IMG/VR virus record: IMGVR_UViG_3300037520_001069
Location: 1,967 to 65,966 of that record
Strand: one strand, 5' to 3'
Length of the DNA stretch: 64,000 bases
Source: a virus
Lineage: Duplodnaviria; Caudoviricetes
Shown: piece after piece, positions 18,707-29,434 of the stretch
How the letters are laid out: every line of letters starts with the position of its first letter
Numbering within the stretch: the first letter of the stretch is position 1
Position numbers and translations under genes: made by a program
Notes under the pieces: model-generated
The model's input: the letters and a program-made list of their open reading frames with translations, nothing else
Databases searched by the model: none
What the model was told of the DNA's origin: nothing

Positions 18707-19441
18707 ATGATAAACGAGGTAAGAACGGCTGTTTTGGCTATCGTAAATAAGAACAACTACGGCTACATCACGCCCAACGACTTCAATCTATACGCAAGGA
18801 TGGCCCAGACGGACATCTTTGAGGACTACTTTCAGACATACAACGACCAGGTATACCGGCAGAACTATGGCAGCTTAAGCGCAGCCAAGACGAAGATTTC
18901 CGGGGAAGGATATGCCAATCTTAGACAGATCACCGAGGAGGTTATCGACACTTTCAGCGCTACGGCTACGATGGCATACAATGCCGGTAACTTCTCCGCG
19001 CCGGCAGACTGCTACACGATGATCAATGTTCTGTACAATGGCAAGATCGTTGACAGGGTATCTCTGAGCAAAATCAATCAGTTGAACGCGTCCAACCTTA
19101 CGGCGCCATCCACTTTGTTCCCGGCCTACACAATGACTGGGACCGGCACCGGCTCTGCCCTGGCCCAAAGGGTCGTGGTCTATCCAAGCAGCATAACCAG
19201 CGGCGTGACGGTCCAATACATCCGATACCCAACGACTCCTATTTGGGGCTATGCCAGCCTTGTGGGAGGCGAGCCCGTATACAACCCGGCCGCTTCCACG
19301 GACTTTGAGTTACCGGAGTCAGACTTCTCTGACCTGGTCGCCAGGATCCTGCAATATGCCGGCGTGTCGATTAGGGAGCAAGAGGTGGTGCAAATGGCTA
19401 GCGCAAAAGAGGCTGCTGACTTCCAAAAAGATAGAGGATAA
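18707..19441 (+). CDS. Putative head-tail adaptor
   Basis: NKNNYGYITP.DFN...QYIRYP..P.W...DFELP...LV..IL.YAG; TACCTTTG at 18696-18703. Confidence 0.65.
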   Translation: MINEVRTAVLAIVNKNNYGYITPNDFNLYARMAQTDIFEDYFQTYNDQVYRQNYGSLSAAKTKISGEGYANLRQITEEVIDTFSATATMAYNAGNFSAPADCYTMINVLYNGKIVDRVSLSKINQLNASNLTAPSTLFPAYTMTGTGTGSALAQRVVVYPSSITSGVTVQYIRYPTTPIWGYASLVGGEPVYNPAASTDFELPESDFSDLVARILQYAGVSIREQEVVQMASAKEAADFQKDRG

Positions 19442-20346
19442 TGGCTTACATAAATCAAGAGCAGTACTATACCAATAACGGTAATACGCCTCAAGACGCG
19501 AACTGGGGATCCTATCAGTACATCTCGCTGGAGGACATCGTCAACAACTTCATGTTGATGTATCAGGGCAACAACGAGATCATCGGAAACATCACCCGGT
19601 ATCAGGTGGTGTTCTATGCGAAGAGGGCCATCCAGGAGCTTAACTACGACGCCCTCAAAGAGACGAAGGTCCTTGAGGTGACTGTTGACAGCGCGCTTCG
19701 GGTGGTGCTTCCTCCCGACTTTGTCAACTGGGTCCGCATATCAGCCGAGTCAAACGGCGTGCTTTTCCCATTGAGCGAAAGCACCCAGGCCAATTCGGCA
19801 TTGGCTTACCTATATGACCAAGGCGGAAACATTCTGTTCGATCAGAATGGGAACGCTGTTTCGCCCCAGTTCTCCGAGCTCGATTTGGCCCGGATAAACG
19901 GCACGGCGCCCGTCCTATTCCAGAACCCACTCAGCCCATACGATGGGCAGTACGGCTGGTATATTGATGACGTGTGGTACTTCCGATACGGATTGAACAC
20001 CGAGGTGGCTACCGCTAATCCTACGTTCAAGATCGACAAGAAGAACGGAGTGATCAACTTCAGCTCGAACATGACCGGTTGTTTATGTGTCATCGAGTAT
20101 GTCTCTGACGGCATGGAGAACGGCAGCGACGCGTCGGTTGGAGTGAACAAGTTATTTGAGGACTACATCTATGCCGCCATTAAGTACGCGATCATCAACA
20201 ACAAGGCGGGGATCCAGGAATACATCGTCAACAGGGCCAGGAAAGATCGCCGGGCTTTGTTAATGAACGCAAAAATTCGACTTAGCAACATTCACCCGGG
20301 TCGCCTTCTGATGAATATGAGGGGACGCGACAAATGGATTAAATGA
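19441..20346 (+). CDS. Putative tail ring or tubular structural protein
   Basis: KRAIQELNYD, LPPDFVNWVRIS and IEYVSDG; position in the tail module. Confidence 0.65.
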   Translation: MAYINQEQYYTNNGNTPQDANWGSYQYISLEDIVNNFMLMYQGNNEIIGNITRYQVVFYAKRAIQELNYDALKETKVLEVTVDSALRVVLPPDFVNWVRISAESNGVLFPLSESTQANSALAYLYDQGGNILFDQNGNAVSPQFSELDLARINGTAPVLFQNPLSPYDGQYGWYIDDVWYFRYGLNTEVATANPTFKIDKKNGVINFSSNMTGCLCVIEYVSDGMENGSDASVGVNKLFEDYIYAAIKYAIINNKAGIQEYIVNRARKDRRALLMNAKIRLSNIHPGRLLMNMRGRDKWIK

Positions 20347-23300
20347 AGAATCCTATAAATTTCAATGCAGGCAAGATGAACAAAGATCTTGACCTGAAGA
20401 TGATTCCTGCCGGAGAGTATGTAGATGCTCAGAACATTAGGGTGTACAATCAAACGCTTCCAAACAATGTTGGAGGATCGGTTACGCCTGATTATGGAAC
20501 CATACAGATTGCGCCAATTGTAAACCTAACCGGATCAGCAAAGACTATTGGGTCATTTAGCGATGAGGCAAATGACACGATCTACTGGTTTGTTGTAGAT
20601 AGTGGTAGATCGCTAGTCCTGTCTTTCAATGTGATCAGTAATTTAGGGGTTGTACATATTGACGACAATTACAGCAAATTTAATTTTTCAGAAGATTACC
20701 CAATTGTGTCAGTAAATAAGGTTGATGACCTTTTGTTTTGGACTGATGGGCTTAACCCTCCCAGGTACATAAACGTAAGGAAGGCGTACGATCCCCTGTG
20801 GTATCCGGCAAACGATATTTATGGAGACATTGACACCTACACTTGCGTCATAAAGACTCCTCCTCCGTCTTCACCTACGGTACAGTTAATCAACGATGGA
20901 ACTGAGTCAAATTACCTGGCGGAAAACATGGTGTCTTTTGCATACCGTTACAGGTATGAAGACAATATGTACAGTGCGCTGTCGCAGTTTTCATCGGTTG
21001 CTTTTGACCCGAAGGATTTTGCGTACAACGCAAACACTGGCCTTAACGATGGCATGACCAACACTTACAACAGCGCCGATATCACCGTGAATTTGGGTGG
21101 TCAAGCGGTTGTTGGAATTGACGTTGTCTTCAAGAGGTTTTCATCAAACACGATTTACCTTATTGAGAGGATAGATAAGGCTGACATACCTCCATACGTT
21201 TCTCACACGATTCGTTTTCAGAACAATAAGATGTACTCAATTCTCCCTTCGGACGAATTGGTTCGCTTGTACGATAATGTTCCGATCTCAGCAAAGTCTC
21301 AGGTAATCGCAGGGAATCGATTGATTTACGGAAACTATGTTGACGGAAGGGACCTAAAGGACCCATCCAATGTCGACGTAAGACTGGATTACACACCTAC
21401 CGCAGTTAATCAAGAGATAGGGTCTGTCCAGCAGCTGACACATACTCTTGGAAATCAGACCATATACGTTGGAAGTCTTGGCCCCACTCTTCCTGCCGCT
21501 CAACAAACCTTGGCAAACTCTTTAGCCACGATAACTATCCCGGTCGCATTTCAAGGCAATATACTCCCTGGATTTACTTTTGGGTTTTCGGCCAATGTAG
21601 TACCAGTTTCTCAAGCGTATAGGTTCACGGGCGCTGAGACATCAGTTACGCCAACAACCCCGCAGTTTCCGATATCTTTTTCGTTTACGGCTCAGAAGTT
21701 TTACGCGAACTTCCTTCAGATGGTGACATCGAGTGAGTTTTCGGTGGCCCTTGGATCCGATATTGATTATTATGCGGATCCAATAACAAATTGTTCCAGC
21801 GGTTATTCTCTTGCCGACAGATTTGCGTGTCAGATTACAACCGATTTTAATACAGCTGAAAACAGGAACAAAGCCTATCTAAGCAATTCACTTGGTTTAA
21901 CCGGTGCCAACCAAGGGCCAAACTATGCCGGTTTTTCCGTGGGGTCCGGCACCACATCTTCTTCTCTTCAAATATTAATGCCTCAGGTCTCTTATGCGAC
22001 TGTGAGCAGTGGTGTTTTAACTGGATATGCCCTCTTTAATTTCGCGAACTTTGTGGCTACGGCCGGCTATCAAAAAGGGCAATTGAGCCTTCATAGCAAC
22101 AGAGACTATCAGGTGGGAATTGTCTACATGGACAAAAACCATCGGTCGTCTCCGGTACTCGTTAGCAACGACAATTCGGTATACTTTCAAGCTTCTTCTT
22201 CGGTTAGGAAGAACTACATTCAGGTAAGCGTTCCGCCATCTCAAAGACCTCCGTCTTGGGCGACAAAGTATAAGTTCGTCATTCAACCAACAAAGGAAAG
22301 GTATGATACTTTTTACGGAAGGGTGTTTTATACAGACCCATCTGATAAAAATGTATGGATCAAATTAGAAGGCGAGTTTCAGAAAACAGTAAGCGTAGGG
22401 CAAAAGCTGATCGTAAAGAAAGACACGAACGGGCCCTTGAGTTCATTGGTATATGCCACCGTGCTAGCCACTGAAGTTCAGCCATCAAACTTTATCACAG
22501 GAACCACATCGATATCTGAGCTACCTGGGTTTTATGCGAAATTCAAAGCCGAAAAATGGAGCGCTAACTACAGTGACACTACCTTCAGTGATACCGGACT
22601 AATCAGCAACAGGACCTCGTCCGGAACGGATTGGTCATTCGTAAACATCCCGTTGTTTACGTTCACATCTCCTAGTTCATATGTAAAGTATGACGTTCCC
22701 GCCGGATCAATAGTTGACATATACATTTATTGCGAAAGAGCCGGAAGGTGCAGCGGAAATCCCCCATACAGCTGCGGAATGACAAAGTCCGTATTCAGCA
22801 AGAGATATATTGCCAGCACGAACTATCCTGATATCAAGGCGTTCTGGGACGGCGAAGGGGTTGATGTTACAACGGCTATATACCCAAACACATATTGCGT
22901 AGATAATGGCGGCGAGAATGGTCAATACTACAATAATGTGCTCGCATCATCCGCTCCTTTTTCGACGAGTAACGGAATTCAAGGAAGAAACAGGTACCAG
23001 TTTTACACTGACCCCGTAAATGCAAATGCGTTGTATTTAGCCGTTCAAAACGGATCAGCACGCTGTGGTATCCCAGGTGCTAGAAATGCATGGATCGACG
23101 CTCAGATCAAGATTCAAAGAACTGACTCGGTCATTGTTTTTGAAACGCTACCTGAAAACGCGGTTCCTGAATTGTACTATGAAAACGAGCAGTCCTTCGA
23201 CATATCGCCGATTGATGCCGGTAGCTTTCACCAAGGAAACGTGCAGAACCAAACAGCAATCCTTCCGGCTATCGTTAACCTATCGTTTGCAAACTGTGTG

Positions 23301-25031
23301 TCTTTCGGTAACGGTGTAGAAAGTATGTCGATCGAGGATTCGATCACGGGAGACTACCTGAAACTTGGCCATAGGGTTCACTCCATATCAACCGGATACA
23401 AGCTGACAAACCGGTTCTCCGACATGACATATAGCGGAGTTTACAATAGAGAGTCTAATGTAAACAACCTGAACGAGTTCAACCTTGGTCTATTGAACTT
23501 TAAGACGCTTGAGCCATTCTATGGGAGCATTCAGTATATGTACCCAAGGGAAAGCGACATACTGGTTTTTCAGGAAGATAAAGTGTCCAAGGTTCTCCTT
23601 GGCAAAAACATCTTGTCTGATGCCGTTGGGGGTAGCACATTGGCAAGCATTCCAGAGGTACTTGGCAATCAAGTTCCAAGGCCGGAGGAGTATGGGATTG
23701 ACAAATACCCTGAGACATTTGCCGTCTATGGGGACAAAATTTACTTTACGGATGCCAAGAGAGGAGCGGTCATTCAGATGATGGGCGATTCAATGACGAG
23801 GATTTCGGACATTGGCATGATCTCGTATTTCAGGAATGCGCTCATAAACAACAACGGTCTTAAGAGGGGAGGATATGATCCGTACATGAGGGATTATGTT
23901 TTTCACTACGGAGAACCGGTTGCGGAAATTCAAAACATTGAATGCGGAACAACATTCAACTTGAACGAAGCACCAGAAGGATATCCCGGCACGATCATAA
24001 GGGCATATTATAGCTTATCATACCCATACCCAACGTATGGAACGATGCAAGTAAGTTTTAATTGGCTAGGAGCCGGACGCGTTTATTGGAGAATATTTTA
24101 TGACGGCACTGAAGTCGAAAGTGGCCTTACCGACGATACCACCCCATTCTATCAGACGTCTGTAGGCGGTATCAATCAGTCGGTCAACCCACCTTATGTT
24201 GAGGTTGAAATACTAGATTATAATGCCGGAACCGACGGATCAGCCAGCATAACGATTGGGTGCCCATCAAACAGCACCATAACTCCAGTAATGGTGGTGT
24301 TGTCTGACGGTGCCGATGCCGGGAAAATGGCAACTCAAGTGGTTGGTCCGTCTTTGATCCGAAACTATCAATTTGAAACCCAGCTTAGTGGTAGCGGAGA
24401 ATACATAGATCATTTGGATCCTACCCAATTTGGATCGGAGATGTTGCCGGATTCTGTTGGAGGGACCTTTAATATGCACACGATAGTTCGAACGAACGGG
24501 TTTTCACCGAACGTGACGGATACTAGGTTTAAGCTATTGCTTAGCAACACGCTTTATGGCGTGGGTCAGGGTTCCCTTATTTCCTCATTAGCAGGCCAGT
24601 CGAGAACCATAGTGGCTGACAATAACAGCTTTTCCCCGAGCCCATCTTTTGTGTCTGCCACCACTCTTACCCTAAGCTCACTTCCAGCATACGCTTATTA
24701 TGTATGGGATTACAGAAAGTCTGGAATAGCCATAAATTTATGCGAAGGAGCCTCATCGAATCTGGCCTGCTGCGGAACTTGTAATGACTCTTGCGTTTAT
24801 ATCAATACCAATGCGGCATATAGCGCATATGGAGGATACGGCATATGTTCGTCTCTTTACAATCTTGTCATATACAGATCATCTAGCACCGTTGTTGTTG
24901 GAAGCAAGTTCATGCTAAATATGTCAGCGACTATTCCAGCACTTCCAGGGTGGTATAAGTTTTACGATGGATCAGACAAGGTTGCGCAAGTTGGTTCGCT
25001 TGGAAGTGTATTGTTAGTTCAACCCTGTTAA
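20343..25031 (+). CDS. Tail nozzle/muzzle (stabilisation) protein
   Basis: 1562 aa; GKMNKDLD...GEYVDAQNIR start, LLFWTDGLNPPRYIN, FAYRYRY.D..YSALS and YFTDAKRGAV. Confidence 0.75.
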   Translation: MKNPINFNAGKMNKDLDLKMIPAGEYVDAQNIRVYNQTLPNNVGGSVTPDYGTIQIAPIVNLTGSAKTIGSFSDEANDTIYWFVVDSGRSLVLSFNVISNLGVVHIDDNYSKFNFSEDYPIVSVNKVDDLLFWTDGLNPPRYINVRKAYDPLWYPANDIYGDIDTYTCVIKTPPPSSPTVQLINDGTESNYLAENMVSFAYRYRYEDNMYSALSQFSSVAFDPKDFAYNANTGLNDGMTNTYNSADITVNLGGQAVVGIDVVFKRFSSNTIYLIERIDKADIPPYVSHTIRFQNNKMYSILPSDELVRLYDNVPISAKSQVIAGNRLIYGNYVDGRDLKDPSNVDVRLDYTPTAVNQEIGSVQQLTHTLGNQTIYVGSLGPTLPAAQQTLANSLATITIPVAFQGNILPGFTFGFSANVVPVSQAYRFTGAETSVTPTTPQFPISFSFTAQKFYANFLQMVTSSEFSVALGSDIDYYADPITNCSSGYSLADRFACQITTDFNTAENRNKAYLSNSLGLTGANQGPNYAGFSVGSGTTSSSLQILMPQVSYATVSSGVLTGYALFNFANFVATAGYQKGQLSLHSNRDYQVGIVYMDKNHRSSPVLVSNDNSVYFQASSSVRKNYIQVSVPPSQRPPSWATKYKFVIQPTKERYDTFYGRVFYTDPSDKNVWIKLEGEFQKTVSVGQKLIVKKDTNGPLSSLVYATVLATEVQPSNFITGTTSISELPGFYAKFKAEKWSANYSDTTFSDTGLISNRTSSGTDWSFVNIPLFTFTSPSSYVKYDVPAGSIVDIYIYCERAGRCSGNPPYSCGMTKSVFSKRYIASTNYPDIKAFWDGEGVDVTTAIYPNTYCVDNGGENGQYYNNVLASSAPFSTSNGIQGRNRYQFYTDPVNANALYLAVQNGSARCGIPGARNAWIDAQIKIQRTDSVIVFETLPENAVPELYYENEQSFDISPIDAGSFHQGNVQNQTAILPAIVNLSFANCVSFGNGVESMSIEDSITGDYLKLGHRVHSISTGYKLTNRFSDMTYSGVYNRESNVNNLNEFNLGLLNFKTLEPFYGSIQYMYPRESDILVFQEDKVSKVLLGKNILSDAVGGSTLASIPEVLGNQVPRPEEYGIDKYPETFAVYGDKIYFTDAKRGAVIQMMGDSMTRISDIGMISYFRNALINNNGLKRGGYDPYMRDYVFHYGEPVAEIQNIECGTTFNLNEAPEGYPGTIIRAYYSLSYPYPTYGTMQVSFNWLGAGRVYWRIFYDGTEVESGLTDDTTPFYQTSVGGINQSVNPPYVEVEILDYNAGTDGSASITIGCPSNSTITPVMVVLSDGADAGKMATQVVGPSLIRNYQFETQLSGSGEYIDHLDPTQFGSEMLPDSVGGTFNMHTIVRTNGFSPNVTDTRFKLLLSNTLYGVGQGSLISSLAGQSRTIVADNNSFSPSPSFVSATTLTLSSLPAYAYYVWDYRKSGIAINLCEGASSNLACCGTCNDSCVYINTNAAYSAYGGYGICSSLYNLVIYRSSSTVVVGSKFMLNMSATIPALPGWYKFYDGSDKVAQVGSLGSVLLVQPC

Positions 25032-25032
25032 T

Positions 25033-26091
25033 ATGCCAACCAGATACATAGATTCCTCGGACTTCTCCACGGCATCGGCCGTATGGACTTCGGCCGCAAA
25101 AACAAGCAAAGCGCCCGACCAGTGGTACTCTTTTTGCGGAATTGCTCGTCAGCAGGTCAGTGGCGCTTTGGGCCCCGTTTTTGTTTGCGGAAGCGTTTCG
25201 GATGGTTGCGCGTCTAGGTGCGCTGAGTCGGTCATAAATGGATACTTTGGAACGCGTACAAGACTATATAGCGGGACTCCATATGCGCCCGGTATGTATA
25301 GGAAAAGAATCACGGGCACATCTGGAAAGGCTGCGTTTAGAGTTGAAATAACCGGACTTAATGGGGCGGCTATACCAAATGGCCCTATAGGCGTTCAAAT
25401 ACAACAGACCACAACGCTAAATGAGGCAATAAATCCAAACCAGTACCCATTAAGAGGGATTAGTTTTAACAATTTATCCGCAGCATTTTTTGGGGGAGGA
25501 GCGGTAACTGGACCCATACAACAAAGACTTTTTGGGTCCGTAAATGGATGTTACTCGGCTCCAGGAACAACCTCTGTTAACGAATACTTATACAACAAGT
25601 CGATATCTGTTAGCTTAGGACTTGACACATTTTTGCCAAGGGTAAACCCGGTGGTAGCAAGACTTGGGACAAACAGATTGTTCACGACTGATACTGGTAG
25701 GGGGGTTTTTTATATGTCGCCATCTGGAGGTGAAGACATAGACCTGATCATATGGATTCCTTGTAGCACCACTTTTGGGGCAAATGTGGATGTGAATGTC
25801 TTCTGTAGCAATACGTTGAGAGAGTTTACGGCGTATTACCAGGGAGGAGGCGCTGGTGGGGGATGTACCGGGACAGGATACGATCAGAGAAACATATTCT
25901 TAGGAAACGTAGCAAACGCCATTGGCGGCTCAATCGGCCTTTACGACTGGGCCTTCTCTGACTTCATGGCTAACGGCGTAAGGGCTGATGGATACTATTG
26001 GCTTCCGGTTCAGCCTGGGCTTGCCACTCAAAGCAAGGCCCGTGTTTTAAATGGTATTATTGTTGAGTGGATTAGCCCTTGTACAACTTAA
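25033..26091 (+). CDS. Gly/Cys-rich tail-associated protein
   Basis: 352 aa; APDQWYS and ADGYY...NG.I...SPC modules. Confidence 0.6.
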   Translation: MPTRYIDSSDFSTASAVWTSAAKTSKAPDQWYSFCGIARQQVSGALGPVFVCGSVSDGCASRCAESVINGYFGTRTRLYSGTPYAPGMYRKRITGTSGKAAFRVEITGLNGAAIPNGPIGVQIQQTTTLNEAINPNQYPLRGISFNNLSAAFFGGGAVTGPIQQRLFGSVNGCYSAPGTTSVNEYLYNKSISVSLGLDTFLPRVNPVVARLGTNRLFTTDTGRGVFYMSPSGGEDIDLIIWIPCSTTFGANVDVNVFCSNTLREFTAYYQGGGAGGGCTGTGYDQRNIFLGNVANAIGGSIGLYDWAFSDFMANGVRADGYYWLPVQPGLATQSKARVLNGIIVEWISPCTT

Positions 26092-26094
26092 GAT

Positions 26095-26853
26095 ATGGCA
26101 GACACAGTAGCTTTTAGCGAAGTCGCTAACGGATGGACCTCTCGATTCAGTTACTCTCCCGAGTGGATGACTCACATCAACGGGAGGTTTTATTCTTTCA
26201 GCGGGGGAAACCTATACCGACATCAGGACCCAAATAGCACACCGACCGTTTACTATAACGGCGGGGTGAGTGGGTCCAACATTATTGTTGTGTCGAACAA
26301 TCAGCCTCTTGAAAAGAAGAAGTTCAAGGCCATCGGCATTGACTCAACTAAGAGGCCGACAGTTTCGGTAGTGACAAATGAGTTAGGCGTCATAGATATT
26401 GCTCCGGCAAACTTCCTCCTAAAAGAGGGTATGTTTTTCTCCGATCTTAAGACATCGGTTTCGTCCCCGCCTGACCTTAATTCAAGATCCGTCATGGGGC
26501 TTGGGTTTGCGACCACCGCAACGGGCGGAGCCTCTAAGACATGGACCTTTCCTGCCGGCGTTATTTCCCCGATGATAAGCACCCAGGATACTCTTTATTA
26601 CACGATTAATCCGGCCGTAAACACATTGAGTCCGGCTGGACCTATAACGTCCATTACCCCTACAACCATCGTGACATCTTCTGGCGTGCCATTTGCCGGT
26701 GGGTCTTATTTTATTGTGATTGTCAAAAACCAGGTCGCAGAGTCTCAGGGCATCCTTGGCGACTATGCCCAGATAACCCTTGCGTTTGGAGCAGGCCAGC
26801 TTCCATTCGAAATGTTTGCGATTGAAGTCGATTATATGAAGAGCTTCCCATAA
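26095..26853 (+). CDS. Tail protein resembling the usual C-terminal part of the nozzle/muzzle
   Basis: TVAFSE..NGWTSRFSYSPE...FYSF.GG.LY.H...KEG.FFS. Confidence 0.6.
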   Translation: MADTVAFSEVANGWTSRFSYSPEWMTHINGRFYSFSGGNLYRHQDPNSTPTVYYNGGVSGSNIIVVSNNQPLEKKKFKAIGIDSTKRPTVSVVTNELGVIDIAPANFLLKEGMFFSDLKTSVSSPPDLNSRSVMGLGFATTATGGASKTWTFPAGVISPMISTQDTLYYTINPAVNTLSPAGPITSITPTTIVTSSGVPFAGGSYFIVIVKNQVAESQGILGDYAQITLAFGAGQLPFEMFAIEVDYMKSFP

Positions 26854-26870
26854 AATGGTATCTTTGCATA

Positions 26871-27278
26871 ATGACGATAAGGGCCATTCAGGACGGTGAT
26901 TACGAGAACATCCTAACCAAGTGGTGGTCGGACTGGGGATTCCCGGCCCCTCCACCCAAGGAGTCTATTCCTGAGACCTCTTATATCGCATACGACGAGG
27001 AAACGCCTGTTTGCTTTTGCTCGTTGTACTTCACCAATTCAAGCATGGCATGGCTTACCTGGCTTCTTTCAAACAAGGAGTACCGCAAAAAGCCACACCG
27101 TAGGTACATCATGAACGCAATGATTGACTCCGTTTCTCATTTTGCGAGACAGCAAGGGTGTTCACTGGTATATACAGTATCCAACAACCGGTTTGCCGTA
27201 GAGGCCTTTGAGACAGCCGGCTTCAAGAAAGCATCATCAAACGCAACAGAACTCATAAAGACATGGGAGCAGAAGTAG
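26871..27278 (+). CDS. GNAT-fold acetyltransferase-like protein
   Basis: 135 aa with GNAT-like pattern (MTIRAI...WLLSNKEYR...FETAGF); sits before the ejection genes, as is common in podoviruses. Confidence 0.6.
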   Translation: MTIRAIQDGDYENILTKWWSDWGFPAPPPKESIPETSYIAYDEETPVCFCSLYFTNSSMAWLTWLLSNKEYRKKPHRRYIMNAMIDSVSHFARQQGCSLVYTVSNNRFAVEAFETAGFKKASSNATELIKTWEQK

Positions 27279-27823
27279 CATTAGGCGCCGCAGCAGCAGG
27301 CGCTGTAGTAAACATGGTCGGGTCATTTGCCCAGGCCAATCAGCAGCGGAAACTTGCGGCCCAGGCCCAGGACGCTGCGGCTAAAGCCGTAAGAGAAGCA
27401 AGGGCAGAACTCGAGACCAATTACTTGAGCTCGATCACCCTTCCAACAAAGGCCTATGAGGCCCAGCGTGAAGCCATTGGGCAGCAGGCGGCAGACCTCA
27501 TGATGGCCGGTGTTGAGGGCGATCAGAGGGGCGCAGGGGCCATCGCATCACAGCTAATGGCCGCAAGGACAAAGGCAGAGCAAGACCTCATGGCTCAGAT
27601 TCAGAAGGACGACCTCGAACGCCAAAAGCTTATTGCCGGCGAAGAGGCTCGCCTTGCCGGCGAGAGAGCTGGCATCTCATTGCAAGAGGCAAGCGGTGCC
27701 GCTCTAGCTCAGCGAGACGCGATGATCGCAAGGGCTAAGTCTCAGGAGAATGCGTGGGGGTCTATAGCTGATGTTTCTGGCGTTTTTGCTAAATACGGGT
27801 TTGATAATCCTTCAAAGAAATGA
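27263..27823 (+). CDS. Internal virion (ejection) protein
   Basis: Ala/Gln-rich coiled coil with a hydrophobic Gly/Ala N-terminus. Confidence 0.65.
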   Translation: MGAEVALGAAAAGAVVNMVGSFAQANQQRKLAAQAQDAAAKAVREARAELETNYLSSITLPTKAYEAQREAIGQQAADLMMAGVEGDQRGAGAIASQLMAARTKAEQDLMAQIQKDDLERQKLIAGEEARLAGERAGISLQEASGAALAQRDAMIARAKSQENAWGSIADVSGVFAKYGFDNPSKK

Positions 27824-29430
27824 GTTACTTTGGATATAAAAGCATGGATGGCCAGGGAGTGGCCGATCTCAGAAAGTCATTGTCTCAGCCATTGGCAGAG
27901 GCGGCATCTACTTTTCTTGAAAACGTAGAAAAGCGCAAGGAGGAGGCATTGACCCTTCAGCGTGAATCGTCTAAAGCGGTCAGGAACTCTCCGTATGGGC
28001 TGTCTAAATCGGCCCAACAGGCGGCTCTTACCTTGGCGACAACGGGTGCCGGAAAGTTGCAGAAATTGAACAAGGACTACAACTCCGGGACCATATCTTT
28101 CAAGGAGTATAAGTTTGCCCAACAAAACATCGTTGATGAGACGTTGTCTCAATACGACGTCTTAACGAAGTCGTCTGCTCTTAGCAAGGCTAAGTATGAG
28201 GCTATAGCAAAAGGCGAAGAGGATCCTATGTCGGTTTTTATCGGAGACAAGCTTCAAAAGGAATCGAACTTGTCAGATTTAACCCCAGACTACACTCCAG
28301 AGGGGATCCTGGTTTATAAAAAGTCAGATGGAACTGAACTGTCCGGAAGAGAAGTCGTTCAAATGCAAACTTTCAGGCTTCCAAAATTTAACTATCTATC
28401 TGGTGTTAATGATTTCATGAAAGAGGTTGGGACGCAGGAGGCTCTTGGTTTTGGCAAAATAGCAACAACTACATCTGTTTTAAATAACCCAAACTTCAAG
28501 GATGCTAAAAAAAAATACATCGAGAGTCAGTTGGCAAATCCGTATACGGTACAATCAATTCTTGGCCAGACGGCATCCGATTTGAATTCTGTTTATACCG
28601 ATAATCCGGCAGAAGCGGAAAAGGATCCCAATAAAATCCTCATTAGACCAGGGCAAAATGCCCTTGGCTTTGAGCCGGTTATCACGGAATACCATAAGGA
28701 AAAAGTGAGAAAGGAACTTGAGTCTCAAATAGAGACACGCGTATCTAGCGTGCTCCAGTTGAAGCCAGAGGGACAGAAGGCGGAAAATAAGCCGACTGAG
28801 GGAGAGCAAAAAATGGCTCGAGTCCAATCAATTATCTCAAACGCATATTCTGGCGACAAAAAGGCGCGAGGGGCTTTTATATCAGCCATTTCTAGCGCAA
28901 GGCCAGGGATACAGAATGCAAGTTTTGCCAATGTAAATGGTGTCCCGACATTTACTTACAAGCAGGTAAGCGCATCCCCAACGGGAGGGACAGTTGAGAC
29001 CAACCATAGCATACCTCTGAGTAGCTTGAATGATTTTGCGGTATCAGTTGGGCCACTGTTTGGGGTCACGATTGGAGCTGGAGAAATGACAGGGCAAGGA
29101 ATGGGATCACTTGAAGAAGTGGAAGTTGGCGGCGAAAAAGTCGCCAAAAAGCTACCGACAAATTCTACTGCTATCGTAAACATAGATGGAAAGTCATATC
29201 GGTTTAACAAATCGATCATAGATAGTGGCGTGACCACTTTTTCTGAGAGCCTGAATGATAGGGGGTATCCCGTTGTTGCAAACGTGCAAAGCGGAGAGGG
29301 ATATTTTACCGTAAAGAATAAAGACGGGTCTGAAAGAAATATTGCCATAGGCACGGAGGGCACATATCAAGGAACCCGAATTCAAAAAGCCATGAATGAA
29401 GTATTGAAACATTACAGAAACCTAAAATAA
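27820..29430 (+). CDS. Internal virion (ejection) protein
   Basis: 536 aa, between the small ejection protein and the giant protein. Confidence 0.55.
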   Translation: MSYFGYKSMDGQGVADLRKSLSQPLAEAASTFLENVEKRKEEALTLQRESSKAVRNSPYGLSKSAQQAALTLATTGAGKLQKLNKDYNSGTISFKEYKFAQQNIVDETLSQYDVLTKSSALSKAKYEAIAKGEEDPMSVFIGDKLQKESNLSDLTPDYTPEGILVYKKSDGTELSGREVVQMQTFRLPKFNYLSGVNDFMKEVGTQEALGFGKIATTTSVLNNPNFKDAKKKYIESQLANPYTVQSILGQTASDLNSVYTDNPAEAEKDPNKILIRPGQNALGFEPVITEYHKEKVRKELESQIETRVSSVLQLKPEGQKAENKPTEGEQKMARVQSIISNAYSGDKKARGAFISAISSARPGIQNASFANVNGVPTFTYKQVSASPTGGTVETNHSIPLSSLNDFAVSVGPLFGVTIGAGEMTGQGMGSLEEVEVGGEKVAKKLPTNSTAIVNIDGKSYRFNKSIIDSGVTTFSESLNDRGYPVVANVQSGEGYFTVKNKDGSERNIAIGTEGTYQGTRIQKAMNEVLKHYRNLK

Positions 29431-29434
29431 CCTA

